Below, piece after piece: positions 40,057 through 50,423 of a DNA stretch of 64,000 nucleotides; within the stretch, counting starts at the first letter, position 1, and each line of letters starts with the position of its first letter. Under the pieces are notes generated by a model, which saw only the letters and a list, made by a program, of their open reading frames with translations, was not told where the DNA came from and searched no databases. Source of the stretch: Pseudomonadota bacterium (lineage in GTDB: Bacteria > Pseudomonadota > Alphaproteobacteria > Caulobacterales > Caulobacteraceae); assembly GCA_963205025.1 (NCBI GenBank), contig CAUJHO010000005.1, forward strand, positions 56,708 through 120,707, given 5' to 3'. Made by a program: the position numbers and the translations under genes.

Positions 40057-40210
40057 GCTCGGTCTCCAGTTTGGTCAGAAGCTACGCCAGCACCGCTGGG
40101 TCAGGGAAGGGCCGTCGCCGTGGATCTCTGCACCCGTGACCTCGGCCCCAAGACCGACTACCTACGGCCCTGACCCGCCGATCCCGCCGACCAAGGCCCG
40201 CCCCCGCCCC

Positions 40211-40666
40211 ATGCTCACCCTCTATATCGATGCCGATGCCTGCCCGGTGAAGGACGAATGCTATCGCGTGGCCGAACGCTGCGGCCTGAAGGTGTTTGTG
40301 GTCTCCAACGGCTGGATCAACACCCGCCGCGCGCCCTTCATCGAACAGATCGTGGTCGATGAGGGGCCGGACGTCGCCGACGACTGGATCGCCGAGCGGG
40401 CGGGGCCGGGCGACATCGTCGTCACCTCCGACATTCCCCTGGCGGACCGGGTATTGAAGGCCGGGGCCCAGGCGCTGAAATCCAACGGCCAGCCCTTCAC
40501 CGCCGATTCCATCGGCTCGGCCCTGGCGGGGCGGATGGTCGGAGAGCATCTGAGGTCCATGGGGGTGGCGACCTCCGGGCCGCCGCCGTTCTCGGCGCGG
40601 GATCGCTCGGCCTTCCTGCAGGCGCTGGACCGGGCCGTCGTCGTGGCGCGGCGGGCCGCAATATGA
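40211..40666 (+). CDS. YaiI/YqxD (UPF0178) family protein
   Basis: YIDADACPVK, DVADDWI and VVTSDIPLA motifs. Confidence 0.93.
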   Translation: MLTLYIDADACPVKDECYRVAERCGLKVFVVSNGWINTRRAPFIEQIVVDEGPDVADDWIAERAGPGDIVVTSDIPLADRVLKAGAQALKSNGQPFTADSIGSALAGRMVGEHLRSMGVATSGPPPFSARDRSAFLQALDRAVVVARRAAI

Positions 40667-41880
40667 CTGGCGCCGTGCATGTCATCGGGGCAGGTCCCGC
40701 CGGCCTGATGGCGGCCGAGACCCTGGCCGGGCGCGGTCACCGGGTCATCGTCCATGACCGGATGCCGTCGGTGGCGCGCAAGTTTCTGATGGCCGGGCGC
40801 GGCGGCCTGAACCTGACCCACGCCGAGGGCCTGGACGACCCGGCCCGGTTCCTGTCCCGCTACGCAGAGCAGGCCGAGCGCGTCGCGCCGTGGCTGGAAC
40901 GGTTTGGTCCGGCCGAGCTGATGGCCTGGGTCGAGGCCCTGGGTCAGCCGGTCTTCGTCGGCTCGTCAGGTCGGATATTCCCCCGTGCCATGAAGGCGTC
41001 GCCGCTGCTACGGGCCTGGCTGGCACGACTGGCAGATCAGGGCGTCGAGGTGCGAACCCGGTCACGCTGGCTCGGCTGGCGCGGGTCCGAGCTGGCTTTC
41101 GAAACGCCGTCAGGCGACCAGGTCGAGCCGGCCGCGGCCGTCATCCTGGCCATGGGCGGGGCCAGCTGGCCTCGGCTGGGTTCGGATGCGGCCTGGACGG
41201 TACAGCTGGCCGAGCGGGGCGTCGCCCTCGCGCCGTTCCAGCCGTCGAACATGGGCGTCGACGTCGCCTGGTCGGATATTCTCAAGGGCCGTTTTGCCGG
41301 CCAGGCCCTGAAGCCGGTGGTGCTCAGCCATGGCGACCAGACCGTCCGCGGCGAGGTGATCCTCAGCCGCTATGGCCTGGAAGGCACCGCAGTCTATGCC
41401 CTGTCGGCGGGCCTGCGCCAGGCCATCGCCGCCGAGGGGGTCGCGACCCTGACCCTGGATCTGCGGCCCGATGTGACGGTCGAAGCGCTGGCCCAGCGCC
41501 TGGCCCGACCGCGCGGCAAGGACAGTGTCAGCAATCATCTACGCAAGGCCGGGGGCCTGTCGCCGGCGGCGATTGCGATCCTCAGGGAGATCGGCGATCC
41601 GCCACCCGGGCCGGAAAAGCTGGCGCGCCGGATCAAGGCCATCCGGCTGAAGGTGACAGGGGTGCAGGGGCTGGAGCGGGCCATTTCTTCGGCCGGCGGC
41701 GTCTCGTTCTCACAGGTCGATGAGCGTCTGATGCTGACGGCCTGCCCGGGTGTCTTCGTGGCCGGCGAAATGCTGGACTGGGAGGCCCCGACCGGCGGCT
41801 ATCTTCTGACGGCCAGCCTCGCCAGCGGCGTCGTGGCGGGAGCGGGCGTGGCCGACTGGCTCAACAGTCGGGCGGACTAG
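40663..41880 (+). CDS. HI0933/BaiN-like flavoprotein (TIGR03862 type)
   Basis: GAGPAGLMAA, RKFLMAGRGGLNLTH, AISSAGGV and GEMLDWEAPTGGYLL motifs. Confidence 0.92.
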   Translation: MTGAVHVIGAGPAGLMAAETLAGRGHRVIVHDRMPSVARKFLMAGRGGLNLTHAEGLDDPARFLSRYAEQAERVAPWLERFGPAELMAWVEALGQPVFVGSSGRIFPRAMKASPLLRAWLARLADQGVEVRTRSRWLGWRGSELAFETPSGDQVEPAAAVILAMGGASWPRLGSDAAWTVQLAERGVALAPFQPSNMGVDVAWSDILKGRFAGQALKPVVLSHGDQTVRGEVILSRYGLEGTAVYALSAGLRQAIAAEGVATLTLDLRPDVTVEALAQRLARPRGKDSVSNHLRKAGGLSPAAIAILREIGDPPPGPEKLARRIKAIRLKVTGVQGLERAISSAGGVSFSQVDERLMLTACPGVFVAGEMLDWEAPTGGYLLTASLASGVVAGAGVADWLNSRAD

Positions 41881-42708
41881 CTACCAGGTCGGGCGCAGCG
41901 AAAACTGGAGGGCCACAAATCCCTCCGTCGCATCGCGGTCAATGCCGGTGCCGCCGTGGACGCCGTCGGCGGTGACCTCGCGATGGACATAGCCGAAGGA
42001 GGTCTGGGTATCGCCGCGACGCCAGGCCACGCCGACCTGGGCATCGCCGATGAAGGAGCCGGTATCGTGGCTGAGCCGACGGTCCCAGCCGTCCATGCCC
42101 CGGGCCCAGTTCATGCCGACGGCTGTACCGGTCCCGGCCGCGAACAGGTACCAGCGCCCCTCATCCTCGTCATAGGCGGTGTCGCCGTCGGCGACCTCGA
42201 GCTGCCCGACGCGAACTGTCGCCCCGGCCTCGGCAGTGCCGCCCTGGGCGTTTACACCGACCCCGGCATGGGGCGTGATCTCAAACTGGAAGGCGCGCCC
42301 TTCGCCGGCGATCAGCGGCCAGGCGCGGATATAGGTGATCTCGCGCTGTTCAGCCTCGAAGCGGGCGCGCTCGATGGAGCCCTGCGGAAGAAAGGTGGCC
42401 AGATCGGACTGGCGATAGCGGACCTGTTCGATCGACCCGTCGGCCTGGCGTCTCCAGACGCCACGCTGCTGGGCCGCAACCAGACCTTGGGATCCAGAAA
42501 AGAGGGCGCGGTCCAGATGCTGGCTATCGGCCAGGCGATTCAGGGATTCGACGCCCAGGGGCGCGGTGTGGTCCGGGGCCAGTTCGACCGGCGAGCCATA
42601 GGTCCAGCGCTCCGGTTGAGACGCCTCCTGAGCCGCCGCGCAGAAGGCCATCGCGGTTCCGATCAGAACCGTCGCGCCCGCCACGAACTGCTTGCCGTCG
42701 CAAAACAC
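41881..42708 (-). CDS. Outer-membrane beta-barrel protein, LpxR/DUF2219-like
   Basis: Signal peptide; amphipathic strands GDAQVGVAWRRG..QTSFGYVHRE and EGFVALQFSLRPTW. Confidence 0.6.
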   Translation of the reverse strand: MFCDGKQFVAGATVLIGTAMAFCAAAQEASQPERWTYGSPVELAPDHTAPLGVESLNRLADSQHLDRALFSGSQGLVAAQQRGVWRRQADGSIEQVRYRQSDLATFLPQGSIERARFEAEQREITYIRAWPLIAGEGRAFQFEITPHAGVGVNAQGGTAEAGATVRVGQLEVADGDTAYDEDEGRWYLFAAGTGTAVGMNWARGMDGWDRRLSHDTGSFIGDAQVGVAWRRGDTQTSFGYVHREVTADGVHGGTGIDRDATEGFVALQFSLRPTW

Positions 42709-42808
42709 CGAAGTGCCTCCACCTTACGCAACGTCAGACACGAGACAATGACTCGTCCGGGCCCGTCTTGCAAACCCTCAATCTGCGGAGGAGTTCAAAT
42801 CTGTGGGC

Positions 42809-44695
42809 CTATTGGCAGGCGAGGCATTCCTCATAGTCGGTCTTGGCGGCCGCGAAGAGATCCGGCTGGTTGGGATCGATCTCGGCTTCGGCCTTGTCCT
42901 CGGCCCCGGCAAAGGCGGCCCGCTGAACCGACTTGGAGCGCAGGTAATACAGGGATTTCATCCCCTTCTCCCACGCCTGCCAGTGCAGCATGTGCAGGTC
43001 CCACTTGTCGATGTCGCCCGGCAGGAAGACGTTGACCGACTGGGCCTGACAGACCTCCGGCGTGCGGTCGGCGGCCAGTTCGATGACCCACCGCTGATCC
43101 AGCTCAAAGGCGGTCTTGTAAACCGACTTCTCATCGTCGCTCAGACCGTCCAGGTGCTGGACCGAGCCCTCGTTGGCCAGGATCGAGGACCATACGGCCT
43201 CGGTGTTCAGGCCGCGCGTTTCCAGCAGGGCCTCAAGGTAGGGGTTCTTGACCGCGAACGAGCCCGACAGGGTCTTGTGGGTATAGATGTTGGCCGGGAT
43301 CGGCTCGATGCCGGCGCTCGTGCCGCCACAGATGATCGAGATCGAGGCGGTCGGGGCGATGGCCAGCTTGTGGGAGAACCGCTCCATGGCTCCGCGTTCG
43401 GCGGCGTCCTCGCAGGCCCCCTTCTCCTCGGCCAGAAGGCGGCTGGCCTTGTCGGCCTCGCGGCGCAGATGTTTGAACAGCCGCATGTTCCACGACTTGG
43501 CCATGGCCGATTCAAAGGCCACGCCCTGGGACTGCAGGAAGGAGTGGAAGCCCATCAGGCCCAGACCCACCGACCGCTCGCGCTTGGCCGAATAGACCGC
43601 CGCGGCCATGGCCGGCGGCGCGCGCTGGATGAAGTCTTCCAGCACATTGTCCAGGAAGCGCATCACGTCTTCGATGAAGCGCGGCTCGTCGCGCCATTCC
43701 AGGAAGGTCTCGGCATTGACGCTCGACAGACAGCAGACGGCGGTGCGGTCCACGCCCAGGTGGTCGGCCCCGGTGTGCAGCATGATCTCTGAACACAGGT
43801 TCGACTGTTTCACCTTCAGGCCCAGCGCCTTCTGGTGGTCGGGCATCATCTTGTTCACGGTGTCCGAGAAGATCAGATAGGGCTCGCCGGTGGCCAGGCG
43901 GACCTCAAGGATCTTGGTCCACAGGGCGCGGGCATCGACCGTCTTTCTGACCTCATGGGTCTTGGGCGAGATCAGGTCGAACGTCGTGCCGTCGCGCACC
44001 GCCTCCATGAAGGCGTCGGTGATGTTGATGCCGTGGTGCAGGTTCAGGGACTTCCGGTTGAAGTCGCCCGAGGGTTTGCGGATTTCGAGGAACTCCTCGA
44101 TCTCGGGGTGGTGGATGTCGAGATAGACCGCCGCCGAGCCGCGCCGCAGCGACCCCTGCGAAATCGCCAGGGTCAGGCTGTCCATCACGCGGATGAAGGG
44201 GATGATGCCCGAGGTCTTGCCGGCACCCTTGACCTGTTCGCCGATGGAGCGGACGCCGCCCCAGTAGGTGCCGATGCCGCCGCCGTTCGAGGCCAGGGCG
44301 ACGTTCTCGTTCCAGACGTTCTGGATGCCGTCCAGGCTGTCGCCCACGGCGTTCAGGAAGCACGAGATCGGCAGGCCACGATTGGCCCCGCCGTTCGACA
44401 GCACCGGCGTCGAGGGCATGAACCACAGCTTCGACATGTAGTCATAGACGCGCTGGGCGTGATCGGCGTCGTCGGCAAAGGCCGTGGCGACGCGCGCGAA
44501 CATGTCCTGATAGCTCTCGCCGGCCAGCAGATAGCGGTCTTCCAGCGTCTTCTTGCCGAAGTCGGTCAGCAGGTCGTCGCGCGACCGGTCGACCTCGACC
44601 TTGCGGACCAGCGACAGGGCCGGCGCATCGGTGCGCGCGGCTTCAGCCTCCGGCATCGAAAACTCGTTCCGCATCAACGCTTCACCACCAGCCAT
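42809..44695 (-). CDS. nrdA: Ribonucleoside-diphosphate reductase alpha subunit (short form, no ATP cone)
   Basis: PSTPVLSNGG, LPISCFL, SNLCSEI, AIAPTASIS and C-terminal ECLACQ; start 44695 or 44674. Confidence 0.96.
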   Translation of the reverse strand: MAGGEALMRNEFSMPEAEAARTDAPALSLVRKVEVDRSRDDLLTDFGKKTLEDRYLLAGESYQDMFARVATAFADDADHAQRVYDYMSKLWFMPSTPVLSNGGANRGLPISCFLNAVGDSLDGIQNVWNENVALASNGGGIGTYWGGVRSIGEQVKGAGKTSGIIPFIRVMDSLTLAISQGSLRRGSAAVYLDIHHPEIEEFLEIRKPSGDFNRKSLNLHHGINITDAFMEAVRDGTTFDLISPKTHEVRKTVDARALWTKILEVRLATGEPYLIFSDTVNKMMPDHQKALGLKVKQSNLCSEIMLHTGADHLGVDRTAVCCLSSVNAETFLEWRDEPRFIEDVMRFLDNVLEDFIQRAPPAMAAAVYSAKRERSVGLGLMGFHSFLQSQGVAFESAMAKSWNMRLFKHLRREADKASRLLAEEKGACEDAAERGAMERFSHKLAIAPTASISIICGGTSAGIEPIPANIYTHKTLSGSFAVKNPYLEALLETRGLNTEAVWSSILANEGSVQHLDGLSDDEKSVYKTAFELDQRWVIELAADRTPEVCQAQSVNVFLPGDIDKWDLHMLHWQAWEKGMKSLYYLRSKSVQRAAFAGAEDKAEAEIDPNQPDLFAAAKTDYEECLACQ

Positions 44696-44740
44696 ACGTC
44701 GTTCGCCCCAATCTCTGTGATCGTCCAGAACCGGAGAAAA

Positions 44741-44787
44741 CCACCGCATCTGGTAGGACCCCGTGCCCCAAGGTCCATATGTAGGGG
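44741..44787 (-). promoter_or_regulatory. Tandem NrdR boxes upstream of nrdA
   Basis: ccaccgcatctggtag (44741-44756) and ggtccatatgtagggg (44772-44787; reverse complement CCCCTACATATGGACC) fit CwAnATnTwG and sit 31 bp apart, the usual NrdR spacing. Confidence 0.72.
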
Positions 44788-44959
44788 GACATAACCCTAA
44801 CGACCCGTCAACGGCTTGACGCCGGGTTTGATTGATTCGTGATCAGAGGGTTGCCCCGGCCTGGGTCAGGACCGGTCAAACATGGGGCTGAGACGGCGAT
44901 CACAAATCCGTGATCCCGGTCGCGACGGAACCTCAGGCAAGCGTAGCCGTTCGCAAGTC

Positions 44960-45727
44960 ATGTCGATGCTCTCGAACCTGCCGCGCCGCCTCCACGGCTC
45001 CCTGTCACGGGCGATGTCGTTTGCCCGCCGGGAACTGGGTCTGGTGGTCGCCCTGGGGGTGGTCGCCGGAGGCCTCTATCTCTTCGCCGAACTGGCCGAT
45101 GGTCTGGTCGAGGGCGAGATTCCGTCATTTGACGAAGCCATCCTGGCCTGGACCCACCCTTACGCCGATACGCATGATGTGATCGGGCCGGACTGGCTTC
45201 TCGAGGCCATGCTGGACTTCACCTCCCTGGGTGGCCTGGCCGTGCTGGTGCTGTTTGCCCTGATCGCAGTCGGCTTCCTGTTGATGCAGAAAAAGGCGTG
45301 GTCGGCTCTGATGCTGGGGGTGGCCCTGGGCGGCGGCCTGTTGCTCAGCGAGGGCATGAAGGCGGTCTTTGATCGCGGTCGCCCGCCGGACATCTACCAG
45401 GCCGTCGAGACCATCAACGCCAGTTTTCCGTCCGGCCACACCCTGATGTCGACGGTCTTCTATCTGACGCTGGGGGTGATGCTGGAGCGAATCTTCGCGC
45501 GTCGGCGGCTCAAGATCTATGTCATGGGCGTCGCCATCCTGATTGCGGCCCTGGTCGGCGTCAGCCGGGTCTATCTGGCGGCGCACTGGGCCTCGGATGT
45601 TCTGGCGGGCTGGGCCCTGGGCGCGGCCTGGGCCATGGCCTGCTGGCTGATCACCTATGCCGCCCAGCGTCGCTGGGCTCGCCGGGGACAATCCCTGGAC
45701 CAGATCGGCGGCATCGACGGAACCTGA
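44960..45727 (+). CDS. PAP2-family phosphatase
   Basis: K.VFDRGRP, SFPSGHT and SRVYLAAHWASDVLAG motifs. Confidence 0.93.
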   Translation: MSMLSNLPRRLHGSLSRAMSFARRELGLVVALGVVAGGLYLFAELADGLVEGEIPSFDEAILAWTHPYADTHDVIGPDWLLEAMLDFTSLGGLAVLVLFALIAVGFLLMQKKAWSALMLGVALGGGLLLSEGMKAVFDRGRPPDIYQAVETINASFPSGHTLMSTVFYLTLGVMLERIFARRRLKIYVMGVAILIAALVGVSRVYLAAHWASDVLAGWALGAAWAMACWLITYAAQRRWARRGQSLDQIGGIDGT

Positions 45728-45758
45728 GTTCATCAGGCCGGGTCATCCTATCCCCAAC

Positions 45759-45806
45759 CCCCAACATTTTGTGAACACCTGGGGTGCGATACCCCACTGG
45801 TTGATT
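45759..45806 (+). promoter_or_regulatory. NrdR box upstream of nrdB, plus a degenerate second box 32 bp downstream
   Basis: ccccaacattttgtga (45759-45774) matches CwAnATnTwGtg; accccactggttgatt (45791-45806) keeps 4 of 6 core positions. Confidence 0.6.
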
Positions 45807-45843
45807 CCAGCCGGATGCTGCTAGGTTGGATTCGCTGACCAGG

Positions 45844-46905
45844 ATGACTGACATGACCGCGCCCGCTTCGCCGCTTTCGACCTCCATGCCCGGCCTTCTG
45901 ACGCCGTCTGCGGCCTACAAGCCGTTCCGGTATCCGTGGGCCTTCGATATGTGGAAGAAGCAGCAGCAGGTCCACTGGGTGCCGGAAGAGGTGCCGCTGG
46001 GCGAGGACGTCAAGGACTGGGCGGTTGCCCTCAATGACGGTGAGCGCAACCTGCTGACCCAGATCTTCCGCTTCTTCACCCAGGCCGACATCGAGGTCCA
46101 GGACAACTACATGGAGCGCTACGGTCGGGTGTTCAAACCGACCGAGATCAAGATGATGCTGGCCGCCTTCGCCAATATGGAGACGGTCCATATTGCGGCT
46201 TACGCCCTGCTGCTCGAGACCATCGGCATGCCCGAGGCCGAGTTCGGGGCCTTCATGGAATATGACGCCCTGCGCGCCAAGCACGACTACATGGGCCAGT
46301 TCGGGGTCGACAGCGATGCCGACATCGCTCGGACCCTGGCCATGTTCGGGGGCTTCGCCGAAGGGCTTCAGCTGTTTGCCAGCTTTGCCATGCTGATGAA
46401 CTTCCCGCGCCAGAACAAGATGAAGGGCATGGGCCAGATAGTCAGCTGGTCGGTGCGCGACGAAAGCCTGCACTGCGAGGGCATCATCAAGCTGTACCAC
46501 GCCTTCAACAAGGAGACCGGGGCGGTGACGCCCAGCGTGGCGAGCGACATCGTCGAATGCTGCCGCACCGTCGTGGACATGGAAGACAAATTCATCGACC
46601 TGGCCTTCGAGATGGGCCCGGTCAACGGCATGACCGCCGAGGACATCAAGGCTTATATCCGCTTCATCGCTGACTGGCGGCTGCGCCAGCTGCAGCTGCC
46701 GGAACTGTACGGCGGCGCGCGCGAGAACCCGCTGCCGTGGCTGCAGAGCCTGTTGTCCGGGGTCGAGCACGCCAACTTCTTCGAGGCCCGCGCCACCGAA
46801 TATTCCAAGGCCGCGACCAAGGGGTCCTGGCATGGGGCGGACGGGGTCTGGTCGTCGTTCGACAGCCTGATGAAGAAGCGGACCGAAGAGAAGGTCGACG
46901 TCTAG
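45844..46905 (+). CDS. nrdB: Ribonucleoside-diphosphate reductase beta subunit
   Basis: FTQADIEV, ETVHIAAY (radical Tyr), EGLQLF, RDESLH and NFFE metal-ligand motifs. Confidence 0.97.
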   Translation: MTDMTAPASPLSTSMPGLLTPSAAYKPFRYPWAFDMWKKQQQVHWVPEEVPLGEDVKDWAVALNDGERNLLTQIFRFFTQADIEVQDNYMERYGRVFKPTEIKMMLAAFANMETVHIAAYALLLETIGMPEAEFGAFMEYDALRAKHDYMGQFGVDSDADIARTLAMFGGFAEGLQLFASFAMLMNFPRQNKMKGMGQIVSWSVRDESLHCEGIIKLYHAFNKETGAVTPSVASDIVECCRTVVDMEDKFIDLAFEMGPVNGMTAEDIKAYIRFIADWRLRQLQLPELYGGARENPLPWLQSLLSGVEHANFFEARATEYSKAATKGSWHGADGVWSSFDSLMKKRTEEKVDV

Positions 46906-48044
46906 GGCCGCCGGCGCGCATTCAGCAGGGCGTTGGCGATCGCCTCGGCCGACCCTGGGCCGGTCAGGGCGACGGCCGCATAGGCCTGATCGCCCGGCGA
47001 CCAGACCATGGCCGCCTTGACGCCCGGAGCTCCGCCGGAGTGACCGATCCAGACGATGGGTGGCCCTTGCGTCGGGGGTTCATAGAGCATCAGCCCCCGG
47101 CCGTAGAACATCGGTTCGTTGAACATCGGCCAGGGCTCGGCCAGCATCGCCCGGATCGTGTCCGGCTCCAGCAGCCGGTTCGTCAGCACGGCCTGAAGCA
47201 AGGCGACCGCACCTTCGGGCGTCGCCAGCATGGGCCCGGCGGCCCCGACCCAGTTGGGGCGGGCCTCAACTTCCCCCGCCTCGGTATTGGCTGGACCCAG
47301 GGGCTCCAGATCGGTCAGGCCGTCGTCCGGCGCGACGAAACGCACACCGGTCAGGCCACCGCGCTCGATGATGCGCCGGGTCAGGATGGCGTCCAGCGGT
47401 TCGCCCTCGATCCGCTCCAGCACCCCCCCAAGAACCCAGTAGTTGGTGTTGGAGTAACGCCAGGCCTGGCCGGGGCAGAACAGGCTGCCCTCGCGCCGGG
47501 CCACCGCCAGCAACTCGGACAGGTCGCGTCGGCGCGGATCGGCCCTGACGTCGTCGGCCTCATTGGCGCTATAGAGCCCCGAGGTGCGATCCAGCAGCAT
47601 CCGCACGGTGATCCGCTCGCCCAGGGGCACCTCCGGCACCCAGGTCGAGACAGGGTCGTCCAGCGAGATGCGACCTTCCTCGACCAGCTGCAGGATGGCG
47701 ACTGCTACCGCCAGCTTGCCGGCGCTGGCCCACCAGAACAGCGGGGCCTGATCCGAGCCGACGCGCCCGGTCCACAGGCCGCCTTCATCCAGCACCGCCG
47801 CGCCGATGGACCGCGACCCCATGGCGGTGATCGCGCGCGCCATCGTCGCGTCCAGCCCGGCGTCGGGGCCTGGCGTCAAGGTGAAGGTCGAGGTCGGAAA
47901 CGCCTCGGCCGCGACGGCCGCGTGCGGGGCGGGCCCGAGACGCGCCACCTCGCCGGCGCAGGCGGGAGGTTGCGGTGGATCCTGCGCCCATGCCGGGGTG
48001 GCGACAATCGCCGGGGCGAGGATCAGGATCAGGATCGGTCGCAT
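46902..48044 (-). CDS. Serine hydrolase, beta-lactamase/D-Ala-D-Ala carboxypeptidase fold
   Basis: ASAGK (SxxK), YSNTNY and GHSGG motifs; signal peptide. Confidence 0.9.
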   Translation of the reverse strand: MRPILILILAPAIVATPAWAQDPPQPPACAGEVARLGPAPHAAVAAEAFPTSTFTLTPGPDAGLDATMARAITAMGSRSIGAAVLDEGGLWTGRVGSDQAPLFWWASAGKLAVAVAILQLVEEGRISLDDPVSTWVPEVPLGERITVRMLLDRTSGLYSANEADDVRADPRRRDLSELLAVARREGSLFCPGQAWRYSNTNYWVLGGVLERIEGEPLDAILTRRIIERGGLTGVRFVAPDDGLTDLEPLGPANTEAGEVEARPNWVGAAGPMLATPEGAVALLQAVLTNRLLEPDTIRAMLAEPWPMFNEPMFYGRGLMLYEPPTQGPPIVWIGHSGGAPGVKAAMVWSPGDQAYAAVALTGPGSAEAIANALLNARRRP

Positions 48045-48087
48045 GAGGCCAGATCCTGATCGCCGAATGGGGCATCCGTGCGGCGCC

Positions 48088-48723
48088 TCAGCCGGCCTCC
48101 GCCACCAGGGCATCGACCAGCGCCCGGGCCTCGGGGCTGGACCAGTCGGCCTCGCCGGCCAGCCAGGCGCGAATACGACCGTCGCGGTCGATCAGGATCG
48201 TCTGGGGCATGGCCTGACGGCCCGGCAGGCGGAACGGCAACTCAAAGGTCGGGTCGGCATAGAAGGTCAGCGGGGCCAGGTCGGCCAGAAAGACCCGCGC
48301 GTCCTGAACCTGCTCGGGCGTGTGGTCGACATTGACGGCGACCACGGCGACCTCGTCGCCATAGGCTTCGTCCAGCGCCGCCAGCGTCGGCAGCTCCGTG
48401 CGGCAAGGCCGGCACCACATGGCCCAGACGTTCAAGACCACGACCCGGCCCTGAAAGGCCGACAGGTCGGTCGGCGCGCCGTCCGGGGTCAGGAAGCCCT
48501 CCGTCGGGGCCGGCAGAGGCACCTCCGGGACCGACAGGGCTTCCAGCGGTCCGGTCGCAAAGACGGCCAGGTTTCCCACCGGCGCGGGTGCCCGTACCTC
48601 CATCCGCGTCTGCTGAGCCAAATAAATGGCGCAGGCGTGCACGCCGAATATGATAAGCGCGCCCAGAGCCAACACGCTGACTATCATCCAGATCCGCCGC
48701 CGCCGCCGAGCCTCCAAGTCCAT
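48088..48723 (-). CDS. TlpA-family thiol:disulfide oxidoreductase
   Basis: N-terminal TM; [18 protein letters not shown] and MPQTILID motifs. Confidence 0.93.
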   Translation of the reverse strand: MDLEARRRRRIWMIVSVLALGALIIFGVHACAIYLAQQTRMEVRAPAPVGNLAVFATGPLEALSVPEVPLPAPTEGFLTPDGAPTDLSAFQGRVVVLNVWAMWCRPCRTELPTLAALDEAYGDEVAVVAVNVDHTPEQVQDARVFLADLAPLTFYADPTFELPFRLPGRQAMPQTILIDRDGRIRAWLAGEADWSSPEARALVDALVAEAG

Positions 48724-50155
48724 GTCCGAACCTACCGATCATCAAAACCCGCCGACCCAAACCCCGGCCTCCGGCGCGGGTCAAGAGATGTGGGGCGGCC
48801 GGTTCTCGGAAAAGCCGGCCGATCTGATGCAGGCGATCAATGTCTCCATCGGCATCGATAAGCGTCTGTGGCGTCAGGATCTGGCCGGCTCGCGCGCCCA
48901 TTGCCGGATGCTGGCCCATCAGGGAATCATCGACCCGGCCGATGCCGAGGCCATTCTGAACGGGCTGGATCAGATCCAGGCCGAGATCGAGGCGGGCACC
49001 TTCCCGTTCCGCGACGACTACGAAGACATCCACATGAATGTGGAGGCGCGGCTCAAGGAACTGGTCGGCGAGCCGGCCGGGCGGCTGCATACGGCGCGCT
49101 CGCGCAACGATCAGGTCGCCACCGATTTCCGCCTGTGGGTGCGCGATGGCTGTGACCGTGCGGTCGGGCAGATCGAGGCGCTGCAACGGGCGCTGCTGAG
49201 CCAGGCCGAAGCCCACGCCGACGCCCTGATGCCGGGCTTCACCCATCTTCAGCCGGCCCAGCCGGTGACCTTCGGTCATCACCTGATGGCCTATGTCGAG
49301 ATGTTCGGCCGCGATGCGGGCCGGTTCCGTGATGCCCGTGAGCGCATGAACGAAAGCCCGCTGGGGTCGGCCGCCCTGGCCGGGTCGCCGTTTCCCATCG
49401 ACCGCGAGATGACGGCCTTGGCCCTGGGGTTTGCCCGGCCCATGGCCAACTCTCTGGACGGGGTCTCGGACCGCGACTTTGCGCTGGAAAGCCTGGCGGC
49501 GGCCTCGATCTGTGCGGGGCACCTGTCGCGCCTAGCCGAGGAGATCGTGATCTGGATGACGCCCCAGTTCGGCTTTGTCGCCCTGTCGGATGCCTTTACG
49601 ACCGGCTCGTCGATCATGCCCCAGAAAAAGAACCCCGACGCCGCCGAGCTGGTGCGGGCCAAGACCGGGCGGATCATGGGATCGCTGGTCGCCCTGACGA
49701 CGGTGATGAAGGGCCTGCCGCTGGCCTATTCCAAGGATATGCAGGAGGACAAGCCGCCCGTGTTCGAGGCCTTCGATGCCCTGGATCTGGCGCTGTCGGC
49801 CATGGCGGGCATGGTGTCTGACCTGACGCCGAACCGGGCGCGCATGGCGGCTGCGGCCGGCGCGGGCTTTTCGACGGCCACCGACCTGGCAGACTGGCTG
49901 GTGCGGGAGCTGGGTCTGCCGTTCCGCACCGCGCATCATGTGACGGGCGCTGCGGTGAAGCGGGCGGAAACCCTGGGCGTGGATCTGGTTGATCTGCCGC
50001 TGGAGGAGCTTCAGGCGCTGGACGGCGGAATCACCCAGGCCGTGTATGATGTCCTGACCCCGGCGGCCTCAGCCGCCAGCCGCCAAGCCTGGGGTGGCAC
50101 CGCCCCCGAGGCTGTGCGAGATCAGATCAGGCGCTGGAAGGAGCGGATCGGATGA
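48722..50155 (+). CDS. argH: Argininosuccinate lyase
   Basis: [22 protein letters not shown] and [13 protein letters not shown] motifs; start 48722 or 48788. Confidence 0.97.
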   Translation: MSEPTDHQNPPTQTPASGAGQEMWGGRFSEKPADLMQAINVSIGIDKRLWRQDLAGSRAHCRMLAHQGIIDPADAEAILNGLDQIQAEIEAGTFPFRDDYEDIHMNVEARLKELVGEPAGRLHTARSRNDQVATDFRLWVRDGCDRAVGQIEALQRALLSQAEAHADALMPGFTHLQPAQPVTFGHHLMAYVEMFGRDAGRFRDARERMNESPLGSAALAGSPFPIDREMTALALGFARPMANSLDGVSDRDFALESLAAASICAGHLSRLAEEIVIWMTPQFGFVALSDAFTTGSSIMPQKKNPDAAELVRAKTGRIMGSLVALTTVMKGLPLAYSKDMQEDKPPVFEAFDALDLALSAMAGMVSDLTPNRARMAAAAGAGFSTATDLADWLVRELGLPFRTAHHVTGAAVKRAETLGVDLVDLPLEELQALDGGITQAVYDVLTPAASAASRQAWGGTAPEAVRDQIRRWKERIG

Positions 50156-50337
50156 GACTTCGGACCCTGGTTCTGATGGCCGGCGTGGGCCTGGCTCTGG
50201 CCGGATGCGGCCTGCGCGGCGATCTTGAACGCCCGGCTCCGATGTGGGGCGACGGCTCCGGGGCCGACGCGGCCGACGACGAAGCGCCGGTCGATCCCGA
50301 CGCTCCGGTGCCGATCGACCGTCCGACTGCCCGTTAG
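50152..50337 (+). CDS. Small lipoprotein, LptM/YifL-like
   Basis: [13 protein letters not shown] lipobox pattern; ATGA overlap with argH, a common gene context. Confidence 0.8.
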   Translation: MRLRTLVLMAGVGLALAGCGLRGDLERPAPMWGDGSGADAADDEAPVDPDAPVPIDRPTAR

Positions 50338-50423
50338 GGGCCGCCGCCGGCTTTGCGCTGACGCGCCGCCGCCGCTATAGAGCGCGCCGAAACCTCCCCA
50401 TCCGACGAAAGAGACGAAAAGCC

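Noticed and set aside
42722-42737. LiuR-like sequence CCTTACGCAACGTCAG upstream of the LpxR-like gene
   Set aside because: Spacing is 1 nt short and the gene has no evident link to branched-chain catabolism.
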